The notes beneath the pieces are model-generated. The model worked only from the letters and a program-made list of their open reading frames with translations. It did not search any database and was not told the DNA's origin. Shown in pieces: positions 55,926 to 64,000 of a DNA stretch of 64,000 nt (within the stretch, counting starts at the first letter, position 1; every line of letters begins with the position of its first letter). The translations under genes and the position numbers were made by a program. Source of the DNA: an uncultured Geomonas sp. (GTDB lineage Bacteria; Desulfobacterota; Desulfuromonadia; Geobacterales; Geobacteraceae); NCBI GenBank assembly GCA_964519915.1, contig CAZFMI010000017.1, positions 1,415 to 65,414 of the forward strand, read 5' to 3'.

Positions 55926-56614
55926 TTCCCTGTTTTTTTCCTTATGGTCGGCCAATGGTGCAGGATCACGGGTGTGAGGGCGAATACCGCCAGAAGCCCC
56001 ATGGCAAGCATGACCTTACCGGAGAGAAGATCCGACGCGGCTTCGAGGTGACGCAGCTGCTCCCCGATGAACGCGTAGATGAGGGCGCCGGGGAGCATGC
56101 CGGCCGAGGTGGTCCAGACAAAAGTCTTCAAGGGGATCTTGGTCATGGCGGCGCAGTAGTTGATGACGAAAAACGGCGCGACGGGGACGATGCGCAGGAC
56201 CAGCAGGTAGTTGGGGCCGTGGTTCGCCATCTCCCTGTTGAACCTCGCCAGCTCCCCCTTGAACCGCTCCTGAACGAAATGCCCGAGCAGAGACCTGGCC
56301 GCGATGAAGGCGATCGACGCTCCGATGGTCGCCCCGACGTTGGCGTAGATGGCCGCGGGAACGGCCCCGAACATGAGCCCTCCAGCCACGGTCAGAGCCA
56401 GGGCTCCCGGAAGGAACAAGGCCGTGGCGCCATAGAGGGCGACGAACGATAGCACCGCAGGGAGGTAATGGTTCCCGACGAACAGCAGCAGGTGCGCCCT
56501 GTTCTCTCTGACGTTCTCCACGCTGAGTACCTGGTCGTTGAGCAGCAGGGCCGCGACGCCCCCCGCACCGGCGATGAGCAGCAGTAGCCCTATCCTGATC
56601 GAAATTCGACTCAT
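55922..56614 (-). CDS. TVP38/TMEM64 (DedA-related, VTT domain) membrane protein
   Basis: Start at MSRISIRIGLLLL. ...GALALTVAGGLMFG...IGASIAFIAARSL...NYLLVLRIVPVAPFFVINY. Confidence 0.8.
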   Translation of the reverse strand: MSRISIRIGLLLLIAGAGGVAALLLNDQVLSVENVRENRAHLLLFVGNHYLPAVLSFVALYGATALFLPGALALTVAGGLMFGAVPAAIYANVGATIGASIAFIAARSLLGHFVQERFKGELARFNREMANHGPNYLLVLRIVPVAPFFVINYCAAMTKIPLKTFVWTTSAGMLPGALIYAFIGEQLRHLEAASDLLSGKVMLAMGLLAVFALTPVILHHWPTIRKKTGK

Positions 56615-56814
56615 GAGAGCCCCCACCCCCTTCCCGACACGGCTCCCCCCTCCGCCAGCCCGCCCAAGCCGCGATTGACATCCCCTGCCTGCTAGGTACT
56701 CTTTTCCGGTGAAAGTTTTCCAATAATTCAAAAGCTGCTTCCTGCACATGAACGGGGAGGGGCCAAGGGACGGCTGCCTGTTAGACGCCATCAACCATAA
56801 TATAAGCCCCAGTC

Positions 56815-57555
56815 ATGTCAAAAACCTTTTCCGTGATGACCTACAACGTCCACAGCTGCATCGGCACCGACCGCCAGCTCTCTCCCCTGAGGATTGCGGA
56901 GGTGATCGACCGGTGCAACCCGGACATAGTCGCGCTGCAGGAGCTGGACGCGGGCCTGGAGCGGACCGAGCTGATAGACCAGGCCCATCTCATAGCCATG
57001 ACCCTGGAGATGTCGTTCCATTTCCATTCTTCGATCCACCTGAAGGAAGGCGGGTACGGAAACGCCATCCTGAGCCGCTGCCCGGTGCAGTTGATCAAGG
57101 CTGGGGCTATCCCCACCGACCCGCTGCACCCCTCCTTCGAGCGCCGGGGCGCCGTGTGGGCGGAAGTGGAAATCGCCGGCATCAAGCTCCAGGTGCTGGC
57201 GACGCATTTCGGGCTGAACCGGGGGGAGCGCTCCTGCCAGGCAAAGGCGATCACCGGCCCGGAATGGCTGGGGCATCCCGAATGCCTCCCCCCCGCCATC
57301 CTTTGCGGCGACTTCAACGCACTGGCCGGTTCCTCCGTATACCGGACCCTGACCCGTAACCTGCACGACGTGCAAAGGGGGGGCAAGGGGAGGTTCCCCA
57401 GGGGGACCTGGCCTGCGCAGCTCCCGATCATGCGCATCGACCACCTGTTTGTAACGCACAACCTGAAGGTGCGCCACGTCTCGGTACCGAGGACGCCGCT
57501 CACGAGGCTCGCCTCCGATCACCTGCCGCTGGTCGTCACGCTGGAGCTTGCATGA
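56815..57555 (+). CDS. Endonuclease/exonuclease/phosphatase (EEP) family protein
   Basis: VMTYNVHSC, DIVALQELD, LCGDFN and the C-terminal SDHLPLV. Confidence 0.85.
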   Translation: MSKTFSVMTYNVHSCIGTDRQLSPLRIAEVIDRCNPDIVALQELDAGLERTELIDQAHLIAMTLEMSFHFHSSIHLKEGGYGNAILSRCPVQLIKAGAIPTDPLHPSFERRGAVWAEVEIAGIKLQVLATHFGLNRGERSCQAKAITGPEWLGHPECLPPAILCGDFNALAGSSVYRTLTRNLHDVQRGGKGRFPRGTWPAQLPIMRIDHLFVTHNLKVRHVSVPRTPLTRLASDHLPLVVTLELA

Positions 57556-59084
57556 GCATCCTGAAGCCCGGTTTGAACTGCATGGGTATCTACGACACCG
57601 AAGAGACCGGGGTGCTGGTGGACGCCTGCGATTACTACCGCTCCTTCTACCACACGGCCCTCGGGGCCAGGAGCTACCTGCTCCTGGCAGGGTGGCAATT
57701 CGATTCCGACGTGCGCCTTTTACGGGGTGATGACGAAATAGAGGCCGGCGGGGAGGTGCGGTTCCTGAAGTTCCTCGAGCGGCTCTGCGAGGCCGCCCCC
57801 GAGCTCAAGATCTACATCCTCGCCTGGGACTTCAGCGCGGTCTTTTCCCTGGAACGGGAATGGTTCCAGAGCATCATCTTCAACTGGTCCACCAACGAGC
57901 GGATCCACTTCCGCTTCGACAACGTTCATGCCGCAGGCGCCACCCACCACCAGAAATTCGTCGTGGCAGACGGGGTGATCGCCTACGCGGGGGGCATGGA
58001 CATCTGCTCTTCGCGCTGGGACGACCGGCGCCACCTCAAGGAAAACCCGCAGCGCGTCGACCTCGACGGCACCCGTTACGGTTCCTACCACGACATACAG
58101 AGCTATCACACCGGGGAGGTCGTGAAGGTGCTGCTGGACTTGTTCAACCAGCGCTGGATCGATTCGGGAGGAGCCCCCCTGAGGCTCCCCAGGAGCGGGA
58201 AGCCGACTCCCCAGGTACCGGCCCAGGCGTTCCGGCTCCCTGCCCGCAAGGTGGCGGTAAGTCTCACCCAGGCGCCCGCCCCGCAGACGACCCAGGTGAA
58301 GATCCAGGAGATCCGTCACCTGTTCGTCGACGCCATCATGTCGGCGGAGAGCCTGATCTACCTGGAGAACCAGTATTTCAGCTCCCAGGCGATCTATTGG
58401 TCGCTGGTGGCGCGGATGACCCTACCGGACCGGCCGCGCCTCCAGATCATCATGATGCTCCCGGACCGGCTCCCACTGACCGAGGAGCTGTTCCTGGGGC
58501 TCCCCCAGATGAAGATGCTCCGCTCCCTGCAACAGGTCGCAGAAAAGACCGGCCACACCCTGAACGTCTATTCCTCAGTGGCGGTGGATCACGGCAACCG
58601 CAGGATGACCTTCATTCACAGCAAACTCCTCGTGATCGACGACAGGTTTCTCACCGTCGGGTCCGCCAACGCCACCAACCGGAGCATGGGGCTCGACACC
58701 GAGCTGAACGTGAGCTGGGAGGCTTCAGGAGGCGGCGGCGACGATGAGCTGGTGGCCGCCATCAGGAGGTTGCGCGCCTCGCTTCTGGCGGAGCACTGCG
58801 GGCTATACGGATCGGAGGAGGAGCAGAAATTTGAAGATGTGCAGCACCTGACCCGCCACCTGGATTGCCTTGTCGATGACCGTGAGGCACGGCTTTGCAG
58901 GTACCAGCCGGACCCCACCCTCGAGAAAAGCGACTGGCCTGACGCTCTCGAGCCTATTGCCATGGTGGTCGATCCGGAGAAGCCGGTGGACAACGAGCTG
59001 ATCTTCGAAAGCCTTTCCAAATCGGAACTCGGCTCCTTCGCAAAGGGGATTTTCAAACTGAGCCAGATGATCATCGGGCTGTGA
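57552..59084 (+). CDS. Phospholipase D superfamily protein (two HKD motifs)
   Basis: HHQKFVVADG and FIHSKLLVIDD...GSANATNRS. The start overlaps the EEP stop (ATGA). Confidence 0.9.
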   Translation: MSILKPGLNCMGIYDTEETGVLVDACDYYRSFYHTALGARSYLLLAGWQFDSDVRLLRGDDEIEAGGEVRFLKFLERLCEAAPELKIYILAWDFSAVFSLEREWFQSIIFNWSTNERIHFRFDNVHAAGATHHQKFVVADGVIAYAGGMDICSSRWDDRRHLKENPQRVDLDGTRYGSYHDIQSYHTGEVVKVLLDLFNQRWIDSGGAPLRLPRSGKPTPQVPAQAFRLPARKVAVSLTQAPAPQTTQVKIQEIRHLFVDAIMSAESLIYLENQYFSSQAIYWSLVARMTLPDRPRLQIIMMLPDRLPLTEELFLGLPQMKMLRSLQQVAEKTGHTLNVYSSVAVDHGNRRMTFIHSKLLVIDDRFLTVGSANATNRSMGLDTELNVSWEASGGGGDDELVAAIRRLRASLLAEHCGLYGSEEEQKFEDVQHLTRHLDCLVDDREARLCRYQPDPTLEKSDWPDALEPIAMVVDPEKPVDNELIFESLSKSELGSFAKGIFKLSQMIIGL

Positions 59085-59120
59085 CCGGGCAGGGGCGCAA
59101 CAGGAAAAGGAGGAACACAA

Positions 59121-59330
59121 ATGGATGAGGATAGGGACAAGACTGCGGTGGAGACGGATCGGCACGACTGCGACATAAGGGTCTGGTGCCCGTCCTGCAA
59201 GCGGAGCGAGTACACGCAAAGCGGAGACAAGTACCTTTGCGCCGCCTGCGGAAAGATCATGGACCTGCAGCATGAGATGCACCACGAACACTTCCCCCAC
59301 CTCTCCGGGGACAAGGACAACATGAGCTGA
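59121..59330 (+). CDS. Small zinc-ribbon protein (69 aa)
   Basis: AAGGAGG RBS. CPSCKRSEYTQSGDKYLCAACG carries CxxC...CxxC. Confidence 0.55.
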   Translation: MDEDRDKTAVETDRHDCDIRVWCPSCKRSEYTQSGDKYLCAACGKIMDLQHEMHHEHFPHLSGDKDNMS

Positions 59331-59492
59331 GGCGCGACCGGGGTCGGTGCAGGTTCATGAGCAGGGCAGGAGAGGGGCGGCGAAAGCGCAATTGCGAGAG
59401 GGAACCCGATCCCGAGGTTGCCCCCTGAAAGGAGAAGGCCCGCCCGGAACACCGGCGGGCCTACTCTTTTGCCTCTTTATCCCTCCTCCGTA

Positions 59493-60767
59493 TTACTGGG
59501 GGAGGCCGGGGCCGTTCCCGGGGCCGACCGACTCGATGCGCGGCACCACGTTCGCGAAGAGGGTCCGGGCCATCTCGCGGACCTCCTCGGCGGTAACGGC
59601 TGCGACGGCTTCCAGGGAGAGTCCGACCGGCTCCGGAGCCCCCAGAAGGGAGGTGGTGTTCGAGATCCTGCGCACCTGGGTCTCGCAATCGTCAAGGGCC
59701 ATGAGGCGGGCGCAGCGGATCTGTTCCTTGGCCGCGGCCAGCATGTCGTCGGACACCTTCTCCTCGCAAAACCTCATCACCTCGGCGTGGCAGACGTTCA
59801 CCGCTTCCTGGGCACGCTCCGCGCTCGTCCCCGCGTATATCATGAGACCTGCGGAGTCGGTGTAGGACGACATCATGGAATAGACGGTGTAGGCAAGGCT
59901 CCTCCGCTCGCGGACCTCGCGGAACAGCCGCGAGTTCATGCCGCTTCCCAGTATCTGGTTGAACACGGAGAGCTTGTGGCGGTGTTCGTTTCCTGCCGGC
60001 GGGAGGGGGTAACCCATGTAGAAGAGGGTCTGCTCCATGGGGCGCGTATAGTGGGCGTTCTCGGCTATGGAAAGCTTCCATCCCGGCTCCGGCTTCTTGG
60101 GGGAAAGCGTCCCGGTGGGAAGGTCGCGCAGCACCCGCTCGGCCTGGTCCGCCACCCGGTCATGCTCCACGTCCCCTGCTACCGAGACGATGGCGGCGTT
60201 CCCCAGGTAGTTGGATAATTTGTACTCCATGAGGCGGTCGCGCGGGATCGCTCCGATGGTCTCGGCCGTGCCGAGTATGGGGGAGCCCAGCGGATGCCTT
60301 TTCCAGAATCCCTGGTGGAACTGGTTGTAGATGAAGCGGCTAGGCGTGTCCTGGTTCATCAGGATTTCCTGCAGCACCACGGCCCTCTCCTTTTCAACCT
60401 CCTTGTCGGGAAGGACGGAGTTGACGAACATGTCGGCGAGGATATCGAAGGTGGCCGGTATGACCGAGGCGAGAGAGACCGCGTAGTAAAAGACCTCTTC
60501 CTGGCTGGTATAGGCGTTGGCCCTGGCCCCTATGCTGTTGAACTCGTCGGTGATCCGGTCCGCGCTGCGGGTCGGGGTCCCCTTGAAAAGGAGGTGCTCT
60601 ATGAAATGCGAAGCGCCGCCGTACTCCTCCGGCTCGTTTCTCGTGCTGCTGTCGATCCGGATCCCGATGGCGGCACTCTGCATGCCGGGGATCTGCTGGG
60701 TCACCACCCGAACGCCGTTGGAAATGGTGGTCATGCGCACCTGGGGGGTCTTGTCTATGGTCAACAT
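59493..60767 (-). CDS. M16-family zinc peptidase (pitrilysin-like)
   Basis: Inverted zinc motif HFIEHLLFKG, with a downstream E in a typical M16 layout. Confidence 0.9.
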   Translation of the reverse strand: MLTIDKTPQVRMTTISNGVRVVTQQIPGMQSAAIGIRIDSSTRNEPEEYGGASHFIEHLLFKGTPTRSADRITDEFNSIGARANAYTSQEEVFYYAVSLASVIPATFDILADMFVNSVLPDKEVEKERAVVLQEILMNQDTPSRFIYNQFHQGFWKRHPLGSPILGTAETIGAIPRDRLMEYKLSNYLGNAAIVSVAGDVEHDRVADQAERVLRDLPTGTLSPKKPEPGWKLSIAENAHYTRPMEQTLFYMGYPLPPAGNEHRHKLSVFNQILGSGMNSRLFREVRERRSLAYTVYSMMSSYTDSAGLMIYAGTSAERAQEAVNVCHAEVMRFCEEKVSDDMLAAAKEQIRCARLMALDDCETQVRRISNTTSLLGAPEPVGLSLEAVAAVTAEEVREMARTLFANVVPRIESVGPGNGPGLPQ

Positions 60768-60846
60768 GTGAACTCCTTAAGCCTTGGATATCGTTTGGTT
60801 TTGCATGGCACCTCATCAGGTCCCGACGGCGCTGCCGGGAGTTCGA

Positions 60847-61317
60847 TCATTGAAAATCGGCGTATCTGGAGATCACGTAATCCCTCTCCTTGGCGTCCTT
60901 TTCATGGCAGCCGAAGCAGTCCCTTTTGCCGTCGAGCCCGGAGGGTTTGCCGTCAGCGGTGAAGCCGGCGAAGATCCACCCCCCCGTCGCCTGCTGCTTC
61001 CTGTCCTTTTGCATGAGAACTATCATGTTCTTCTTGCCCGGCACCTTCTTGCCGCTTTCTTCCCTGATGTTGTAGTTAACCGCCACGAAGCGGCTCCCGT
61101 CGGGGTAGGGGGCGCCGGACCTGTAGCTCTTCATCCCCTTCTTGTCCACGTAGATGTAATGGATGCCATAGAAAAGCGATTTCTTGTCCGTGTCGATCCT
61201 CGCCTTGCTCCTCTCCCACTTCTCATAACCCTTGGGGAGCGGGACCTCGGCAGCCGATGCGGCGCAGGCCCCTCCGAGGATGGACAGCATGGCTATGGTG
61301 GCAATCGTTTTCTTCAT
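60847..61317 (-). CDS. Cytochrome P460-family periplasmic haem protein
   Basis: Signal peptide, GGWIFAGF, and C-terminal CFGCH followed by ...ERDYVISRY. Confidence 0.7.
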   Translation of the reverse strand: MKKTIATIAMLSILGGACAASAAEVPLPKGYEKWERSKARIDTDKKSLFYGIHYIYVDKKGMKSYRSGAPYPDGSRFVAVNYNIREESGKKVPGKKNMIVLMQKDRKQQATGGWIFAGFTADGKPSGLDGKRDCFGCHEKDAKERDYVISRYADFQ

Positions 61318-61436
61318 CTGGACCTCCGCGGTTTTGTTTGGTAGCTGCGACGGCTGGAAAAAAATACCACAACGGGACCCGCAATCATAGCGGGCCCCCT
61401 ATTAATTTCGCTTTGCCGTGCTCGGGAAAGGTGATC

Positions 61437-62324
61437 TCAGGATCTGACGGGTGTGGTCCGCGTTGTCGCTGAGGTGGTCGCGCGGGACCAAGGGAAATCG
61501 GCCAGGTGCTCCGCGAGTTCCTGCTTGTGATACCGGTCCACCTTCTGGCGAAAGAGCACCACCCCCATGGCGGCAGGGAGGATGACGATGAAGAGGCCGG
61601 TGATGGCCATCAGGTTCTCGCCGATATAAACGGTCACCGACAGGTTGAAGATGAGGACGCAGAGGTAGAGAAAAGGGGCGTAGAGACAGCGATAAGGGGT
61701 GGCACCCACTCCGGCGGGCTTGTCTTCTCCCTTCCCGAAGCGGTCGATCAGCTGCAGGGCCGCAATCAACAGGGCGCTCACCAGCCACCAACCCAGGTAG
61801 TTGGAGAGGGGCACGCCGAAATGCACGCCGACTTCCTGGTACCCGTAGATCCTCCCCAGAAACCACCTGCTTCCCTGCAGGGCCACGGGGTCTATGATGA
61901 TGTCCAGGAAAACCTGGAACAGCGACCCCAGGAAAAGGACCGCGAAGGAGCGCCTCAAGCGTCCGGTCTCGAGGAGGACCAGGTCCCCCTTGATGCGCTT
62001 CACCGGCGAAAGCACGAGGAGCGCCAGCGAGTAGCTGCAATAGGTGAGAAAGACGTAGGAGAGGGAGTCGAAAAAGGGGACCCCGGCCACCCACAGTTCC
62101 AGGTGGCGGGTGGTCTCGACGTAGTAGTACCAGCCGTAGGGAAAACCTGTGTTGATGGAGGCGTACTCGGAAGCGAAGGCGATCAGGTACCCGGCGATAG
62201 TGAACCGGATGGTCTTTTTCCACCCGAGGTGGAGGACAGAGGCCACCAGGTAGGAGGCGAAGAAGGCAAACACGTAGGGACGCATGGTAAAGGTCCCGAC
62301 GGCGATATGGAGGACGTCGGTCAT
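61437..62324 (-). CDS. Integral membrane protein (DUF422 / carotenoid-biosynthesis-like family guess)
   Basis: A clean 295 aa ORF with about 8 hydrophobic helices. The family is from recollection only. Confidence 0.65.
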   Translation of the reverse strand: MTDVLHIAVGTFTMRPYVFAFFASYLVASVLHLGWKKTIRFTIAGYLIAFASEYASINTGFPYGWYYYVETTRHLELWVAGVPFFDSLSYVFLTYCSYSLALLVLSPVKRIKGDLVLLETGRLRRSFAVLFLGSLFQVFLDIIIDPVALQGSRWFLGRIYGYQEVGVHFGVPLSNYLGWWLVSALLIAALQLIDRFGKGEDKPAGVGATPYRCLYAPFLYLCVLIFNLSVTVYIGENLMAITGLFIVILPAAMGVVLFRQKVDRYHKQELAEHLADFPWSRATTSATTRTTPVRS

Positions 62325-62412
62325 GCCGGGAGGTCTCCGCTGAAATCACTTCATATGACGTACCCCCTCGCCTTGCGGGAGGGGGTACGGGGGTTGTGGA
62401 TCGGGCTGAAGG

Positions 62413-63483
62413 CTAGAAGAGCGTCCCGACGATGGAACCGAGCACCGAGATCGGGCCGGTATCCCCCAGCCCCTCCATGGCGCGTTCGGCCTTCTTGAGC
62501 GTTGCCGTGGTATCGCGGTAGAGCTGGTCCTCGTTGACCAGCTTGCCGATGGTCCCTTGGCCGGAGTTGATCTTCTGGGTGATCTCCTTGATGTTCTTGG
62601 AGGCGTCGCGCAGGTCGGTGTAGAGGACCTCGTCGTTGATGAGCTTCCCGAGGGTCCCCTCGCCGCGGTTCAGCTTGGCGGTGATCTCCTTGACGTCCTT
62701 CATCCCGGAGTTCAGGTCCTTGACACCCACCCTGAGATCCGCGATCAGCGCCGACGCATCGTTGTAGACGGCGTCGTCGTTCACCAGCTTGCCCAGGGTC
62801 CCCTCGCCGCGCTCTATCTTGCCCGCCACCACCTTCAGGCTGTCCACGGCGCTGCTGGCGTCGTCGAAGAGTTTCCTTTCGTTGAGAAGCAGCGCAAGGG
62901 AGCCCTCGCCGCGGTCCATCTTCCCCGTGATGCTGTTGATGTTGGCGATGGAATCCCGCAGGTTGCCGCGGTTCTCGTCGAGGATGGCGGAGACCTTTTT
63001 CAGCACCTCGTCCTGGTTCTTGTTCAGGTTGTTGACGAATTGCTTGGCGTCCTGCACCACGTCGCTCAGGTTGTCGACTATGATGTCGATGTTCGCCACG
63101 TCCTTTCCCTGCACCACTCCGCCCGCCTCCAAAAGGGGCGCCGTCGGGGAGCCGAAGGAGAGCCCCAGGAACTGCCCGCCCAAAAGGTTGGTGAGCCTCA
63201 GCCCCGCCACGGTGTCCGTCTTGACCCGGGTGCCCGGTTTCACCTCGAAGTTGATCTCGATCTTGTCGTTCAGGATGTTGATCCCGGTGATGCGCCCCAC
63301 GTCGACGCCGGCCAGGCGGACCGGGTCCCCCACCTTCAGTCCGGTGATGCTGGTGAGATAGGTCTTGTAGGGGACGTTCTTCTCGAACGGGTTCCACTTC
63401 TCCCCTACCTCCAGGAGCACGCCCAGGATTATGAGACCGAACACGAAGAACATGCCGACCTTTTTTTCAACAGACAGAGCCAT
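62413..63483 (-). CDS. mlaD: MlaD/MCE-domain protein with four C-terminal approx. 35 aa repeats
   Basis: An N-terminal TM, then the MCE core GLKVGDPVRLAGVDVGRITGI. The repeated GEGTLGKLVNDD/GQGTIGKLVNED motif occurs four times. Confidence 0.85.
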   Translation of the reverse strand: MALSVEKKVGMFFVFGLIILGVLLEVGEKWNPFEKNVPYKTYLTSITGLKVGDPVRLAGVDVGRITGINILNDKIEINFEVKPGTRVKTDTVAGLRLTNLLGGQFLGLSFGSPTAPLLEAGGVVQGKDVANIDIIVDNLSDVVQDAKQFVNNLNKNQDEVLKKVSAILDENRGNLRDSIANINSITGKMDRGEGSLALLLNERKLFDDASSAVDSLKVVAGKIERGEGTLGKLVNDDAVYNDASALIADLRVGVKDLNSGMKDVKEITAKLNRGEGTLGKLINDEVLYTDLRDASKNIKEITQKINSGQGTIGKLVNEDQLYRDTTATLKKAERAMEGLGDTGPISVLGSIVGTLF

Positions 63484-63562
63484 AAATTTCCTCCAAAAAG
63501 ACAGCCAGCCCGGCGAAAGCGGGGCCTTGGCCGGGATGATCCCGGGACGCCGCCGGCTGTAG

Positions 63563-64000
63563 CTACAAAAGCAATCGGGTCAAGATGTAGTCGGCCACCA
63601 GGATCAGCATGAACGAGAGCACCACGGAGCGGGTGGTGGACTCCCCGATCCCCCTGGCGCCGCCTCGGGTGGCGAAACCGACGTAGCAGGAGACCAGCGC
63701 GATGATCGACCCGAAGGCGACCGCCTTGGTGAGGCCGGTACCTATCTCCTTCACGGTGAGCGCGTCGGTCAAGCTGTCGTAGTAGGTGGTGTAGGAGACG
63801 AATATCTGCGGGTGCAGGTTGCTGATCAAGGCGCCGCCGATGATCCCGATCAGGTCGGCGTAGATGACCAGGGCGGGGACGCAGATGATGCAGGCGATGA
63901 AGCGCGGCATGGCGAGGTAGCGCACCGGGTCGATGTCCAGGGTCTTCAGCGCGTCGATCTCCTCGTACACGGTCATGACCCCGAGTTCCGCCGCCATGGC
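63563..64000 (-). CDS. mlaE: MlaE-type ABC transporter permease, C-terminal part (gene runs off the right window edge)
   Basis: ...YEEIDALKTLDIDPVRYLAMPRFIA... is the conserved MlaE/YrbE segment. The ORF is open to the window end. Confidence 0.85.
   Translation of the reverse strand, partial: AMAAELGVMTVYEEIDALKTLDIDPVRYLAMPRFIACIICVPALVIYADLIGIIGGALISNLHPQIFVSYTTYYDSLTDALTVKEIGTGLTKAVAFGSIIALVSCYVGFATRGGARGIGESTTRSVVLSFMLILVADYILTRLLL

Noticed and set aside
56815-59084. EEP + PLD pair as a nuclease-based defence system
   Set aside because: The pair has core-like GC content, lies next to a VTT lipid-associated membrane protein, and has no mobile-element context. A lipid-metabolism reading is more likely, and it is reported only as a low-interest neighbourhood.

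Overview
This is a 64 kb stretch of a high-GC bacterial chromosome. Gene content and order (trmFO-topA-dprA, hemerythrin, cytochrome P460, GGDEF two-component pair, a selenoprotein candidate) suggest a Geobacter-like Desulfuromonadota genome, but that placement is only an inference. Most of the window is ordinary core genome: surE, trmJ, a B12 accessory cluster (cobO, B12-binding domain, meaB), an ABC-F ATPase, yggS, maf, trmFO, topA, dprA, a U32 peptidase, tldD, class II DAHP synthase, pepA, an M16 peptidase and mlaDE. The clear exception is a visibly AT-rich insertion of about 8.4 kb (6327-14672). It lies between two identical complete copies of tRNA-Val(CAC), within an 82 bp perfect direct repeat. 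The insertion carries a frameshifted tyrosine integrase, a serine recombinase, three small or unknown genes, and a translationally coupled pair at 11278-14528. That pair is a 269 aa PD-(D/E)xK-like protein plus an 814 aa DEAH SF2 helicase, which I read as a Hachiman-type (HamA/HamB) anti-phage cassette. One of the unknown genes encodes a 487 aa protein with family-A polymerase / T7-RNAP-like palm motifs. Other points worth a second look: a thioredoxin-2 gene whose active-site Cys codon is an in-frame TGA with a downstream hairpin (probable selenocysteine); a 2022 aa surface/OmpA-family protein containing a perfect 9 bp (GQT)n microsatellite, in an operon with a FecR-like protein and a c-di-GMP two-component pair; several striking intergenic microsatellite or inverted-repeat blocks; and a few small Cys-motif ORFs below the ORF-track cutoff. 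All family calls come from motif reading by eye; no searches were run. Many long ORFs in the track are antisense artefacts of the high GC content and were rejected.
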